Positions 47,001 through 59,094 of a DNA stretch of 64,000 nucleotides are shown here, piece by piece (position 1 is the stretch's first letter; each line of letters begins with the position of its first letter). The notes below the pieces were generated by a model that saw nothing but the letters and a program-made list of their open reading frames with translations, ran no database searches and was not told the origin of the DNA. The DNA comes from Squalus acanthias. Taxonomy: Eukaryota. A program made the translations under genes and the position numbers. The DNA lies in the NCBI GenBank assembly GCA_030390025.1, contig JASTWF010000358.1:310001-374000 (forward strand), read 5' to 3'.

Positions 47001-50000
47001 GCAGAGTCCCAGAAAGAGGCAGAGTCCCAGAAAGAGGCAGAGTCCCAGAAAGAGGCAGAGTCCCAGAAAGAGGCAGAGTCCCAGAAAGAGGCAGAGTCCC
47101 AGAAAGAGGCAGAGTCCCAGAAAGAGGCAGAGTCCCACAGAGAGGCAGAGTCACAGAGATTCAGTGACCCACAGAGAGCAGAGGCCCAGAGAGACAGAGT
47201 CCCAGAGAGCGAGACAGTCCCAGAGAGACAGAGTCCCAGATATACCCAGAGTCCCAGAGAGACCCAGAGACAGGCAGAGTCCCAGAGACAGACAGTGACA
47301 GAAAAGAGGCAGAATCCCAGGGGACAGAGTTCCGGAGCGAGGCAGTATCCCAGAGAGACAGAGTCCCAGAGAGAGAGAGAGTCCCAGAGAGAAACAGTCC
47401 CAGACAGAGAGAGAGAGTCCCAGAGAGACAGAGTCCCAGAAGGGGCAGATTCCCAGAGATACAGAGTCCCAGAGATAGGCAGAGTCCCATAGAGACAGAG
47501 TCACAGAGAGCAGAGTCCCAGAGAGACAGAGTCCCAGAGAGAAGCAGAGTCTCAGAGGGACAGAGTCCCAGAGAAATGCAGACTCCCAGAGAGACAGTGT
47601 CCCAGAGTGAGGCAGAGTCCCAGAGAGATAGAGTCTCAGAGAGGACAGTGTCCAGAGAGACAGTGTTCCATAAAGAGGCAGAGTCCCAGAGACACAGAGT
47701 CCCAGAGAGAGAGAGAGGTCCCAGACAAACAGAGTGCCAGAGAGTGAGAATGTCCCAGAGACAGATTCCCAGAGAGAAGAGTCCCAGAGAGACAGTGTCC
47801 CACGGAGAGGCAGAGGCCCGGAGAGACAGAGTCCAAGAGAAGGCAGAGTCCCAGAGATAGAGAGTCACAGAGAGAGAGAGTCCCAGAAAGAGAGAGTCCC
47901 AGAGAGACAGAGTCCCAGAGAGCGAGAGAGTCCCAGAGACACAGAGTCCCATAGAGAGGCAGAGTCCCAGAGAGACAGAGTCTCAGAGAGATAGAGTCCC
48001 AGAGAGATAGAGGCTCAGAGAGGAGCACTGTCCCAGAGAGACACTGTTCCATAAAGAGGCAGGGTCCCAGAGAGACACTGTTCCATAAAGAGGCAGGGTC
48101 CCAGAGAGACAGAGTCCCAGAGAGAGGCAGAGTCACAGAAAGAGGCAGAGTCCCAGAAAGAGGCAGAGTCCCAGAAAGAGGCAGAGTCCCAGAAAGAGGC
48201 AGAGTCCCAGAAAGAGGCAGAGTCCCAGAAAGAGGCAGAGTCCCAGAAAGAGCAGAGTCCCAGAAAGAGGCAGAGTCCCAGAAAGAGGCAGAGTCCCAGA
48301 AAGAGGCAGAGTCCCAGAAAGAGGCAGAGTCCCAGAAAGAGGGCAGAGTCCCAGAAAGAGGCAGAGTCCCAGAAAGAGGCAGAGTCCAGAAAGAGGCAGA
48401 GTCCCAGAAAGAGGCAGAGTCCCAGAAAGAGGCAGAGTCCCAGAAAGAGGCAGAGTCCCAGAAAGAGGCAGAGTCCCAGAAAGAGGCAGAGTCCCAGAAA
48501 GAGGCAGAGTCCCAGAAAGAGGCAGAGTCCCCAAAAGAGACAGAGTCCCAGAAAGAGGCAGAGTCCCAGAAAGAGGCAGAGTCCCAGAAAGAGGCAGAGT
48601 CCCAGAGAGAGCAGAGTCCCAGAAAGAGGCAGAGTCCCAGAAGAGGCAGAGTCCCAGAAAGAGGCAGAGACCCAGAGAGACAAAGTCCCAGATAGAGGCA
48701 GAGTACCAGAGAGACAGAGTCCCAGAGAGAAGCTGAGTCTCAGAGACACAGAGTCCCAGAGAGAGAGAGAGTCCCAGAGAGACAGATTCACACAGTGACG
48801 GAGTCCCAGAGAGAGGCAGACTCCCAGAAAGACAGAGTACCATAAACAGGCAGAGTCCCAGAGAGACAGTGTCCCACGGAGAGGCAGACGCCCGGAGAGA
48901 CAGAGTCCAAGAGAAAGGCAGAGTCCCAGAGATAGAGAGTCCCAGAGAGAGAGAGTCCCAGAGAGACAGAGTCCCAGAGAGCGAGAGAGTCCCAGAGACA
49001 CAGAGTCCCATAGAGAGGCAGAGTCCCAGAGAGACAGAGTCTCAGAGAGACAGAGTCCCAGAGAGACACAGGCTCAGAGAGGAGCAGTGTCCCAGAGAGA
49101 CACTGTTACATAAAGAGGCAGGGTCCCAGAGAGACAGAGTCCCAGAGAGAGGCAGACTCACAGAGAGACAGAGTCCCAGAAACAGGCAGAGTTCCAGAGA
49201 GACAGAGTCCCAGATAGAGGCAGAGTCACACAGAGACAGTGTCCCACCGAGAGGCAGAGGTCGCGAGAGACAGAGTCCCAGAGAGAGAGAGACTCCCAGA
49301 GAGCCAGTGTCCCAGAGAGCGAGAGAGTCCCAGAGAGACAGAGTCCCATAGAGAGGCAGAGTCCCATAGAGAGGCAGAGTCCCAGAGAGGCAGAGTCCCA
49401 GAGAGACAGAGTCCCAGAGAGAAGCAGAGTCCCAGAGAGACAGAGTCCCAGATAGAGCCAGAGTTCCAGAAAGAGGCAGAGTCCCAGAGAGATAGCGTCT
49501 CAGAGAGGAGCAGTGTCCAAGAGATTCAGTGTTCCATAAAGAGGCAGTGTCCCAGAGAGACAGAGTCCCAGAGAGAGGCAGACCCCCAGAGAGACAGAGT
49601 CCCAGAAACAGGCAGAGTCCCAGAGAAACAGAATCCCAGATAGAGGCAGAGTCACAGAGAGACAGGGTCCCACGGAGAGGCCGAGGCCCAGAGAGACAGA
49701 GTCGGAGAGCGAGAGAATCCCAGAGAGACAGAGTCCCTGATAAACCCAGAGTCCCAGAGAGACCGAGACCAAGAGAGAGGCAGAGTCACAGAGAGACAGT
49801 GACCCAGAAAGAGGCAGAATCCCAGAGAGACAGAGTCCCAGACAGAGGCAGAGTCACAGAGAGATAGTGTCCCATGGATAGGCAGAGGTCAAGAGAGAGA
49901 GAGTCTCAGAGACAGGCAGAGTCCCAGAGAGACAGAGTCCCAGAGAGAGGCTGCGTCCCAGAGAGACAGAGTGCAAGAGAGAGGCAGAGTCCCAGAGAGA

Positions 50001-53000
50001 CAGAGTCCCAGATAGAGCCAGAGTTCCAGAAAGAGGCAGAGTCCCAGAGAGACAGTGACCCAGAAAGAGGCAGAATCCCAGAGAGACAGAGTTCCAGAGA
50101 GAGGCAGTATCCCAGAGAGACAGAGTCCCAGAGAGAGAGAGAGTCCCAGAGAGACACAGTCCCAGACAGAGAGAGAGAGTCCCAGAGAGACTGAGTCCCA
50201 GAGAGATGCAGAGACCCAGAGAGACAAAGTCCCAGATAGAGGCAGAGTACCAGAGAGACAGAGTCCCAGAGAGAAGCTGAGTCTCAGAGACACAGAGTCC
50301 CAGAGAGAGAGAGAGTCCCAGAGAGACAGATTCACACAGTGACGGAGTCCCAGAGAGAGGCAGACTCCCAGAAAGACAGAGTACCATAAACAGGCAGAGT
50401 CCCAGAGAGACAGTGTCCCACGGAGAGGCAGACGCCCGGAGAGACAGAGTCCAAGAGAAAGGCAGAGTCCCAGAGATAGAGAGTCCCAGAGAGAGAGAGT
50501 CCCAGAGAGACAGAGTCCCAGAGAGCGAGAGAGTCCCAGAGACACAGAGTCCCATAGAGAGGCAGAGTCCCAGAGAGACAGAGTCTCAGAGAGACAGAGT
50601 CCCAGAGAGACACAGGCTCAGAGAGGAGCAGTGTCCCAGAGAGACCCTGTTACATAAAGAGGCAGGGTCCCAGAGAGACAGAGTCCCAGAGAGAGGCAGA
50701 CTCACAGAGAGACAGAGTCCCAGAAACAGGCAGAGTTCCAGAGAGACAGAGTCCCAGATAGAGGCAGAGTCACACAGAGACAGTGTCCCACCGAGAGGCA
50801 GAGGTCGCGAGAGACAGAGTCCCAGAGAGAGGCCGAGTCCCAGAGATAGAGTCCCAGAGAGAGAGAGACTCCCAGAGAGCCAGTGTCCCAGAGAGCGAGA
50901 GAGTCCCAGAGAGACAGAGTCCCATAGAGAGGCAGAGTCCCATAGAGAGGCAGAGTCCCAGAGAGGCAGAGTCCCAGAGAGACAGAGTCCCAGAGAGAAG
51001 CAGAGTCCCAGAGAGACAGAGTCCCAGATAGAGCCAGAGTTCCAGAAAGAGGCAGAGTCCCAGAGAGATAGCGTCTCAGAGAGGAGCAGTGTCCAAGAGA
51101 TTCAGTGTTCCATAAAGAGGCAGTGTCCCAGAGAGACAGAGTCCCAGAGAGAGGCAGACCCCCAGAGAGACAGAGTCCCAGAAACAGGCAGAGTCCCAGA
51201 GAAACAGAATCCCAGATAGAGGCAGAGTCACAGAGAGACAGGGTCCCACGGAGAGGCCGAGGCCCAGAGAGACAGAGTCGGAGAGCGAGAGAATCCCAGA
51301 GAGACAGAGTCCCTGATAAACCCAGAGTCCCAGAGAGACCGAGACCAAGAGAGAGGCAGAGTCACAGAGAGACAGTGACCCAGAAAGAGGCAGAATCCCA
51401 GAGAGACAGAGTCCCAGACAGAGGCAGAGTCACAGAGAGATAGTGTCCCATGGATAGGCAGAGGTCAAGAGAGAGAGAGTCTCAGAGACAGGCAGAGTCC
51501 CAGAGAGAGAGAGTCCCAGAGAGAGGCTGCGTCCCAGAGAGACAGAGTGCAAGAGAGAGGCAGAGTCCCAGAGAGACAGAGTCCCAGATAGAGCCAGAGT
51601 TCCAGAAAGAGGCAGAGTCCCAGAGAGATAGCGTCTCAGAGAGGAGCAGTGTCCAAGAGATTCAGTGTTCCATAAAGAGGCAGTGTCCCAGAGAGACAGA
51701 GTCCCAGAGAGAGGCAGACCCCCAGAGAGACAGAGTCCCAGAAACAGGCAGAGTCCCAGAGAAACAGAATCCCAGATAGAGGCAGAGTCACAGAGAGACA
51801 GTGTCCCACGGAGAGGCCGAGGCCCAGAGAGACAGAGTCGGAGAGCGAGAGAATCCCAGAGAGACAGAGTCCCTGATAAACCCAGAGTCCCAGAGAGACC
51901 GAGACCAAGAGAGAGGCAGAGTCACAGAGAGACAGTGACCCAGAAAGAGGCAGAATCCCAGAGAGACAGAGTCCCAGACAGAGGCAGAGTCACAGAGAGA
52001 TAGTGTCCCATGGATAGGCAGAGGTCAAGAGAGAGAGAGTCTCAGAGACAGGCAGAGTCCCAGAGAGACAGAGTCCCAGAGAGAGGCTGCGTCCCAGAGA
52101 GACAGAGTGCAAGAGAGAGGCAGAGTCCCATAGAGACAGAGTCTCAAAAAGAGGCAGAGTCCCAGAGAGAGGCAGAGTCCCAGAGAGAGGCAGAGTCCTA
52201 GAGAGACAGAGTCCCAGCGAGAGGCAGAATCCCGGAGATACAGAGTCCCAGAGAGAGAGAGAGAGAGTCCCAGATAGAATGAGAGCCAGAGAGAGACAGA
52301 GTCCCAGAGAGAGGCAGAGTCCCAGAGAGACAGAGTCCCAGAGAGAGGCAGAGTCCCAGAGAGACAGAGTCCCAGAGAGAGGCAGAGTCGCAGAGAGACA
52401 GAGTCTCAGAGAGCCGCTGTGTCCCAGAAAGGCAGAGTCCCAGAGAAAGGCAGTGTCCCAGAGAGGCAGAGTCCCAGAGAGAGGCAATGTCCCAGAGAGA
52501 TAGTGTCTCAGAGAGGAGCAGTGTCCAAGAGATTCAGTGTTCCATAAAGAGGCAGAGTCCCAGAGAGACAGAGTCCCAGAGAGAGGCAGAGTCCCAGAGA
52601 GGCAGAGTCCTGGAGAAAGGCAGAGTCCCAGAGAGACAGAGTCCAAGAGAGAGGCAGAGTCCCAGAGAGAGAGAGTCTCAGAGAGGAGCAGTGTCCCAGA
52701 GAGACAGAGTGCAAGAGAGAGGCAGAGTCCCATAGAGACAGAGTCTCAAAAAGAGGCAGAGTCCCAGAGAGAGGCAGAGTCCCAGAGAGAGGCAGAGTCC
52801 TAGAGAGACAGAGTCCCAGCGAGAGGCAGAATCCCAGAGATACAGAGTCCCAGAGAGAGAGAGAGAGAGTCCCAGATAGAATGAGAGCCAGAGAGAGACA
52901 GAGTCCCAGAGAGAGGCAGAGTCCCAGAGAGACAGAGTCCCAGAGAGAGGCAGAGTCCCAGAGAGACAGAGTCCCAGAGAGAGGCAGAGTCGCAGAGAGA

Positions 53001-54367
53001 CAGAGTCTCAGAGAGCCGCTGTGTCCCAGAAAGGCAGAGTCCCAGAGAAAGGCAGTGTCCCAGAGAGGCAGAGTCCCAGAGAGAGGCAATGTCCCAGAGA
53101 GATAGCGTCTCAGAGAGGAGCAGTGTCCAAGAGATTCAGTGTTCCATAAAGAGGCAGAGTCCCAGAGAGACAGAGTCCCAGAGAGAGGCAGAGTCCCAGA
53201 GAGGCAGAGTCCTGGAGAAAGGCAGAGTCCCAGAGAGACAGAGTCCAAGAGAGAGGCAGAGTCCCAGAGAGAGAGAGTCTCAGAGAGGAGCAGTGTCCCA
53301 GAGAGACAGCGTTCCATAAAGAGGCAGATTCCCAGAGAGGCAGAGTCCCAGAGAGACAGAGTCCCAGAAACAGACAGATTCCCAGAGATACAGAGTCCCA
53401 GAGAGAGGCAGAGTCCCATAGAGACAGAGTCACAGAGAGAAGCAGAGTCCCAGAGAGACAGAGTCCCATAGAGAGGCAGAGTCCCCGAGAGAGGCAGACT
53501 GCCAGATAGACAGAGTCCCAGAAACAGGCAGAGTCCCAGAGAGACAGAGTCCCAGAGAGAAGCAGAGTCCCAGAGAGAGGCAGAATCCCAGAGAGACATA
53601 GTCCCAGAAAGAGGCAGAGTCCCCGAGAGACAGATTGCCACAGAGTGGCAGAGACACAGGGAGACAGACTCCGAGAGAGAGACAGAGTCCCCGAGAGACA
53701 GATTCCCAGAGATACAGAGTCCCAGGGAGACAGAGTCCCAGAGAGAGGCAGACTCCCAGAGAGACAGAGTCCCAGCGATAGGCATTGTCCCAGAGAGACA
53801 GCGTACCAGAAAGAGGTGGGGTCCCAGAGAGACAGAGTTCCAGATAGAGGTAGAGACTCAGAGAGACAGTGTCCCACGGAGAGGCAGTGGCCCAGAGAGA
53901 CAGAGTCCCAGAGTGAGGCAGAGTCCCAGAGAGACAGAGTCCCTGAGAGACAGAGCCCCAGACAGAGGCATAGTCCCAGAGAGACAGAGTCCCTGAGAGA
54001 CAGAGCCCCAGGCAGAGGCATAGTCCCAGAGAGGCAGAGTCCCTGAGAGACAGAGCCCCAGACAGAGGCATAGTCCCAGAGAGGCAGAGTCCCAGAAAGA
54101 GGCAGAGTCCCGGAATGACAAATGCACAGGTAGAGGCTTAGTCCCAGAGAGACCAAGACCCAGAGAGAAGCAGAGTCCCAGTGAGACAGTGTCCCAGAAA
54201 GAGGCAGAATCCCAAAGAGACAGAGACCCATAGAGAGGCAGAGTCCCATAGAGACAGAGTCCCAGAGAGAGGCACAGTCCCAGAGAAACAGAGTCCCAGA
54301 GAGAGGCAGATTCCCAAAGAGAGCGACAGAGAGTCCCAGAGAGAAAGAGTCCCAGAGAGAAGCAGAG
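41070..54367 (+). repeat. Diverged higher-order satellite with block duplications and short pure 18-mer runs (about 42067-42595, 45590-46105, 46610-47135, 48140-48665)
   Basis: Repeated blocks at offsets 566 (41252/41818), 1544 (48788/50332), 560 (51076/51636) and 602 (52279/52881), seen as duplicated ORF translations. Confidence 0.93.
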
Positions 54368-55968
54368 TGTAAGGGTTTTGTCTCTCAGCCTGTGAGATTC
54401 GTGTGGCTCTGTGCAGCCCGGGTGCTAGTGCGGGTTTAGGCCTTGTTGCCTGTTCTGGTCTCCAGCCAGTCTGGGAGCACTAGACACACCTGTGAGTGGT
54501 TCGACCCACTCGCCCTTACGGTTCTAGACACTGGACTTAGATGCGAGAGCAGTAATGGAGATGAAACTCAGGTAGACTCGGTTGAATGGTACGAAATGGA
54601 AAATCTTTATTGCATAATATTTAAGATTACGAAATACATGTCATAAGCACAGATTAATGACAGTACAATCTTACACGCAGTTATGTAATTAATTTCAGGG
54701 AAACGAGGAACGAACGACACATCGTAAATGGGGGCACACATTACAATTATCCTTAATACTTAAAACCCTCCCCTATCAATATCTGTCCTAAGCTAGATTC
54801 GTAGGATTCGAGACTCATGCTCACCACTCGTGATAACTCGGAGAATTCCGAAAACTCTGATCGGATGTTTTTCACCGCAGCGCCCACGTGTCGATCAGGG
54901 GGTCTCCTGGCCCCACTTGTTTACTCGTTTCTGCTCCGGCTAGCAGGCTAGAACGTCTGCTGTCATGAAGATCTGTGTTGTCCTCGGAGTTCCGACTCTA
55001 CTCAAAGAAGAGTCTTCCTGTGCCCTCGCACTGATGCGACAGAATTCGAAGAATAATCTTCCTGGCAAGGAAAATGTCTATTCGACCTACAGGCGCGGTC
55101 AGAGCTTACTGACCGTGGCGATAAGTATGGTCTTCTTCTCTTCTCATCTCATCTCATCTCATCTCATCTCATCTCATCTCATCTCGGGCCTTCGGTTCCA
55201 ACACCGTTTACCGACTTATCGGGATGGTGCGCCCGCTTCAAGGCTTCAGAGCCCAGTTCATCAAACAGGAACAAGACGGCGAGTCAAGAGCAGCCACGAG
55301 GATAAGAGTCAAGAGTCAAGAGCCAAGAATAAGAGAGAGATGGACGGTTTGGAGCGTGTAATTATAGTGCAAAATCTTCCGTTTCCCGCCCAACCTTAAT
55401 GTCTTTTCTTTTGTTAGGGTTTGGCGCTCAAATGTCTTGTATAGGGTGATCTTCGTTTTAATGGGTTTCGGGGTTACTCGTAATTGTCTGAGTACCTGTT
55501 AATATTTCTCCCATTGCTTAATCGGTCGGTGTTCTCCCTGGAGGGGTGTTGGGGCTTCCAAGTGTTTTCTGTAACTACCCGCTAACGGCTCTCTCATCGT
55601 AGAGTCGTTGGGATTTTACATATTAATGTCTTTGGATGGGTTCTTGATTACTTGGTACAATGGCCCTCATTCGCACCTGGGAGACCGATTCCAGTATCTA
55701 TGTGTATACTGTAAACCCATGATGTCTCGTGCATTATCTTAAATGTGCTGAGTCTTAATCGATCTTGCACAAATGTTTATTGGAACGCCATCTTGTCTGC
55801 CTGTCGAAAAGTCTAGAATGTTCTGTCACGAGGTGCGGCGGCCATTTTACAAGCTGCTTGTGTCCACTTTGAAAACCTGACAGCATTCTGCTGAAATAAA
55901 AGCTGTTTGAACGAAACTCTGTGTTTTTCTCCTTATTAATAAAATCGCGATATATTGCGAATTCTACA
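54368..55968 (-). repeat. 3' LTR of provirus C (1601 bp, apparent subtype 1/2 mosaic)
   Basis: Plus strand reads TGTAAGGG...GCGAATTCTACA, followed by the PPT complement gtccctcctgtt. Confidence 0.95.
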
Positions 55969-55980
55969 GTCCCTCCTGTT
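55969..55980 (-). promoter_or_regulatory. Polypurine tract of provirus C
   Basis: AACAGGAGGGAC on the minus strand abutting the LTR. Confidence 0.8.
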
Positions 55981-56415
55981 GATGCGAATAACTCCGCTTA
56001 TCGTATCAAAAAAATTGTGGTGAGCAATATTATCTCGATTTTCTCCGAATCCAGAAAATTTAATCCCATAACTTAAACTATCTAGGGTCTTTGCGTCGTC
56101 CTTATTTCCCAAGAAAATTACAGTTTATATCACCGTAGGCATCATTTGCCGTTAAACTTACACCACTTTTTTCCTTCCCGGCGTAACCAGGCCGATGCCT
56201 CTCGTATCACCTGTATATTCATCTTTTTATTTAGGGAAAGGAAAAGCAAAACCAAAACCAAACAATCATTTTTAACTACAACACCATCACCAAAATAATC
56301 AACACCAACTCTTAAAACATGTCGAGTTCCAAACGTATTTACAGTCTTTGAAAATCACGATCGAGTACAAACTTCCGCGGCGCACGTGGCGAGCGGGAGT
56401 GACGCCATTTTCCGA

Positions 56416-58767
56416 TTACACGGTGCTTTCGTCGTGCACGCGCACATAAAGTTCTCGCCACTCTCCCGTGTTTTCATGCTTGGTGAGGCGTTTGCCTCTC
56501 TTACAATGTACGACCAATAGGTACACTACAATAAAAACTTGGCATACGACTAAAATGTGGGAGGCTATTCTGATCCATGAAGGTACTTCAATATTGGTGA
56601 ACAGATTCCACCACGGTGGAATTACTATATCCAGAATGTCTGTCCCTATTTTGGCAGTTTTCTGTTCGAGTGTGTAAAAATGTTTCTGTGACACCGCGAC
56701 GGCTTTCAAAAGCTTGGTGAGGTGTTCAGGGAGAGGGGGAATGAGGTATCCGAAATGCGCGACGAATCGCTGCAAGTCGGTGAAATTCTCTTTTACTGTT
56801 AGATGAACAGTGGATGGTTCAGGGATTGGGACAATTCGCTGTTGTGCTACTTGAACTTCCGCCCTGGGTTTGAAACAGAAACTGCTGTCACTCACCGGAC
56901 ACCGGCTACGGTTTCCATGCTGGTAGTGTTGCGCTGCAGTGGTAACACAATATGTTCCACCCCCGATGTATGCTACCTGCGGAGGCACATGATCTTGTGC
57001 CATTGCCTCCATGGTACAATTCATGGACTTGGCGCCAGCCGTTCTGAACCCGCACTGTGGTGTTAAAAAGGCATTCAAGTGCTGGGGACACAGTATTATG
57101 TGTGCTCCCCTGCCACGACAACCAGAGAGATCTGTACCTGTCATCGTTTGCTCCCAGCGGATGACGTAGGGTGGAACCGCTGCATAGCGAATATGGGCTC
57201 CCCCCTGAATGACACCAATGTTCTCTACCCGATATACCGGGGCGGGCTTTGCTGTGTCGCCCAAAACCGGCATACGTAAAACTATACCCATAATGGTATG
57301 GTTTGATCGTCCACAGTCCACGGGGACTGGGTATGCTTCTGAAGCTAGCCTGAGCTGGCACGGGCTTAATGCGTTCTGAAAAGGGTGGAGCACCCGCAGG
57401 TGTTTGTTACTTATCCAGGACGGGACCAAACCTTGTTTTAAATCCTCCAAATTACTGCGGCCCTCGCCCAGTAACCACGCCCCGTAAAGCACGCACACCT
57501 CGTTCTGCGCAGCTTGATCGGATGCATTCCGATCTTCCCTAATCAGGGCATTTACCGTTCTCGCGTGTTTCTCCAGCTCTGCTATAATTTCCTTTAAATG
57601 GAGAGTCATGGCTTGGTCCTCGTGTAAACGCGACCCAACCACTTTATTTTCATCTGTTAGAATGTCTTTTAATTGCGTCTTTAAACCATTAATCTGGGTC
57701 TGCAGCTCCACACTATCTAGAGCGTTGACCACAGATGTACCCGTGTTAAAAGCAGTGAACGCGTCGTTCACTACACCCCTTCTTTGCCTCCCCACTTGAT
57801 CAAAAACTTCATGTGGTGCGGTGTACAAACTTGTTTTATCAATTTCCGCGAAATCGAATTCGTAAAATTGTCTGAACATCTTGGTCAACAGGACCTGATA
57901 CAACTGTTCCGTCTTTTTGGGGCACCACTCTGGTAACCGTACCTCGGTGAGATTTAAAATCACCGAGGCCACCGCGTAATGTACCCCCTGAAATAGTATC
58001 TGGTCTGTGGGGACCAGTACCAAACCATTCCCGGGTCCCTTACTGGTTTTAGGGCACCCTTCCTCTTTAGCTAGAACCACCGGAATCGTGGGCGGGGCTT
58101 TGCGTGGGCGCGTAATGAGCTCAGTGGCATTTACCGGGATCGAAGAGTATGGGGCTCCGCACCCCCTGGTGCTCGCATCCCACCTCATCCCCTGTCCGTT
58201 ATCCTGCCATTGATTAATGAAAAATATGGAGATGCCTTTGGGGCAAGCGTACTTTGATCCCCACATGCATACATAAATTCCCTCATCCGGTTCCCACCAT
58301 TTGTCCCAACAGACTCTCACTTTTCCGTTTGTCCCCGTAATTGTCCGATGGGTATTATTACCCAGTCGTTCCCACTCGACCGAAGAGTTCTTCATGTTTT
58401 TGCTCAGCTTTCACAGCCACCACCATCGGCTCAATGGGACATTCCCATTACAAGTCAAACAAATCCGTTTGCCGATGGTGACACTGATCCTGGGTGCGAT
58501 GATCCTTACTTTGGGGCACATTAAAGAAGTCTCTTGGTAGGCAAACCCCGATGTGCTGGAATACTCCGTGGAGTTCGTTCCCAGCCATCCTGGCCACCTT
58601 CCCTTGTGGAAATAGGTGGTGGTCTCCTCAGCCTCCCGTCTTCCGGTCCCATCCACCGCGATGGGGGCCGTGTCCCCGGAGCATCCAAACACCACGACAT
58701 CCTTGGTGCGGCCTCGATAGGCCAATCCACATCCGATTGCCGCGAGCAATACTAGAATTCGTTCCAT
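56416..58767 (-). pseudogene. env: Full-length env of provirus C with one nonsense codon (CGA>TGA at 58411-58413)
   Basis: ATG 58767 starts MERILVLLAAIGCGLA; ORFs 58926-58411 and 58395-56416 are in the same frame; WWWL* here versus WWWLR in A and B. Confidence 0.92.
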
Positions 58768-58939
58768 CCTTCCTTGGTTCCTGTGATCAGATAGAATGAG
58801 GTAGCCAGCCTCGCAAGAGTCTCTGGCTTTTGTGAAGGGTGAGCGGGTCCCCTGACCTCGCCTCACGTAAACTTCAATGTTCGCTGAATAAACTTTAACT
58901 AAACCTATCTCTAAAGCTCCCATCATTTTGCCATTTTCT

Positions 58940-59060
58940 GTTAAAATTAAACTACAAACTTAACCTGATTTAAAACTATAAACTTATAACCTTATCTAAA
59001 ACTATAAACTTATAAACTTAAACTTAAACTATGAACTTAAAACTTATCCTTAAACTATAA
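58940..59060. repeat. Short AT-rich degenerate repeat (AAACTTAT/AAACTAT-like) in the pol-env spacer
   Basis: Expanded relative to the homologous spacer in B (about 5700-5785). Confidence 0.6.
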
Positions 59061-59094
59061 CTGTACAGCGCCGCCCGTTCTCAGGGCGGCCCCT

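Noticed and set aside
12871..54367. CRISPR-like repeat/spacer array
   Set aside because: There are no unique spacers and no cas genes; units are contiguous variants of one monomer in a eukaryotic context.
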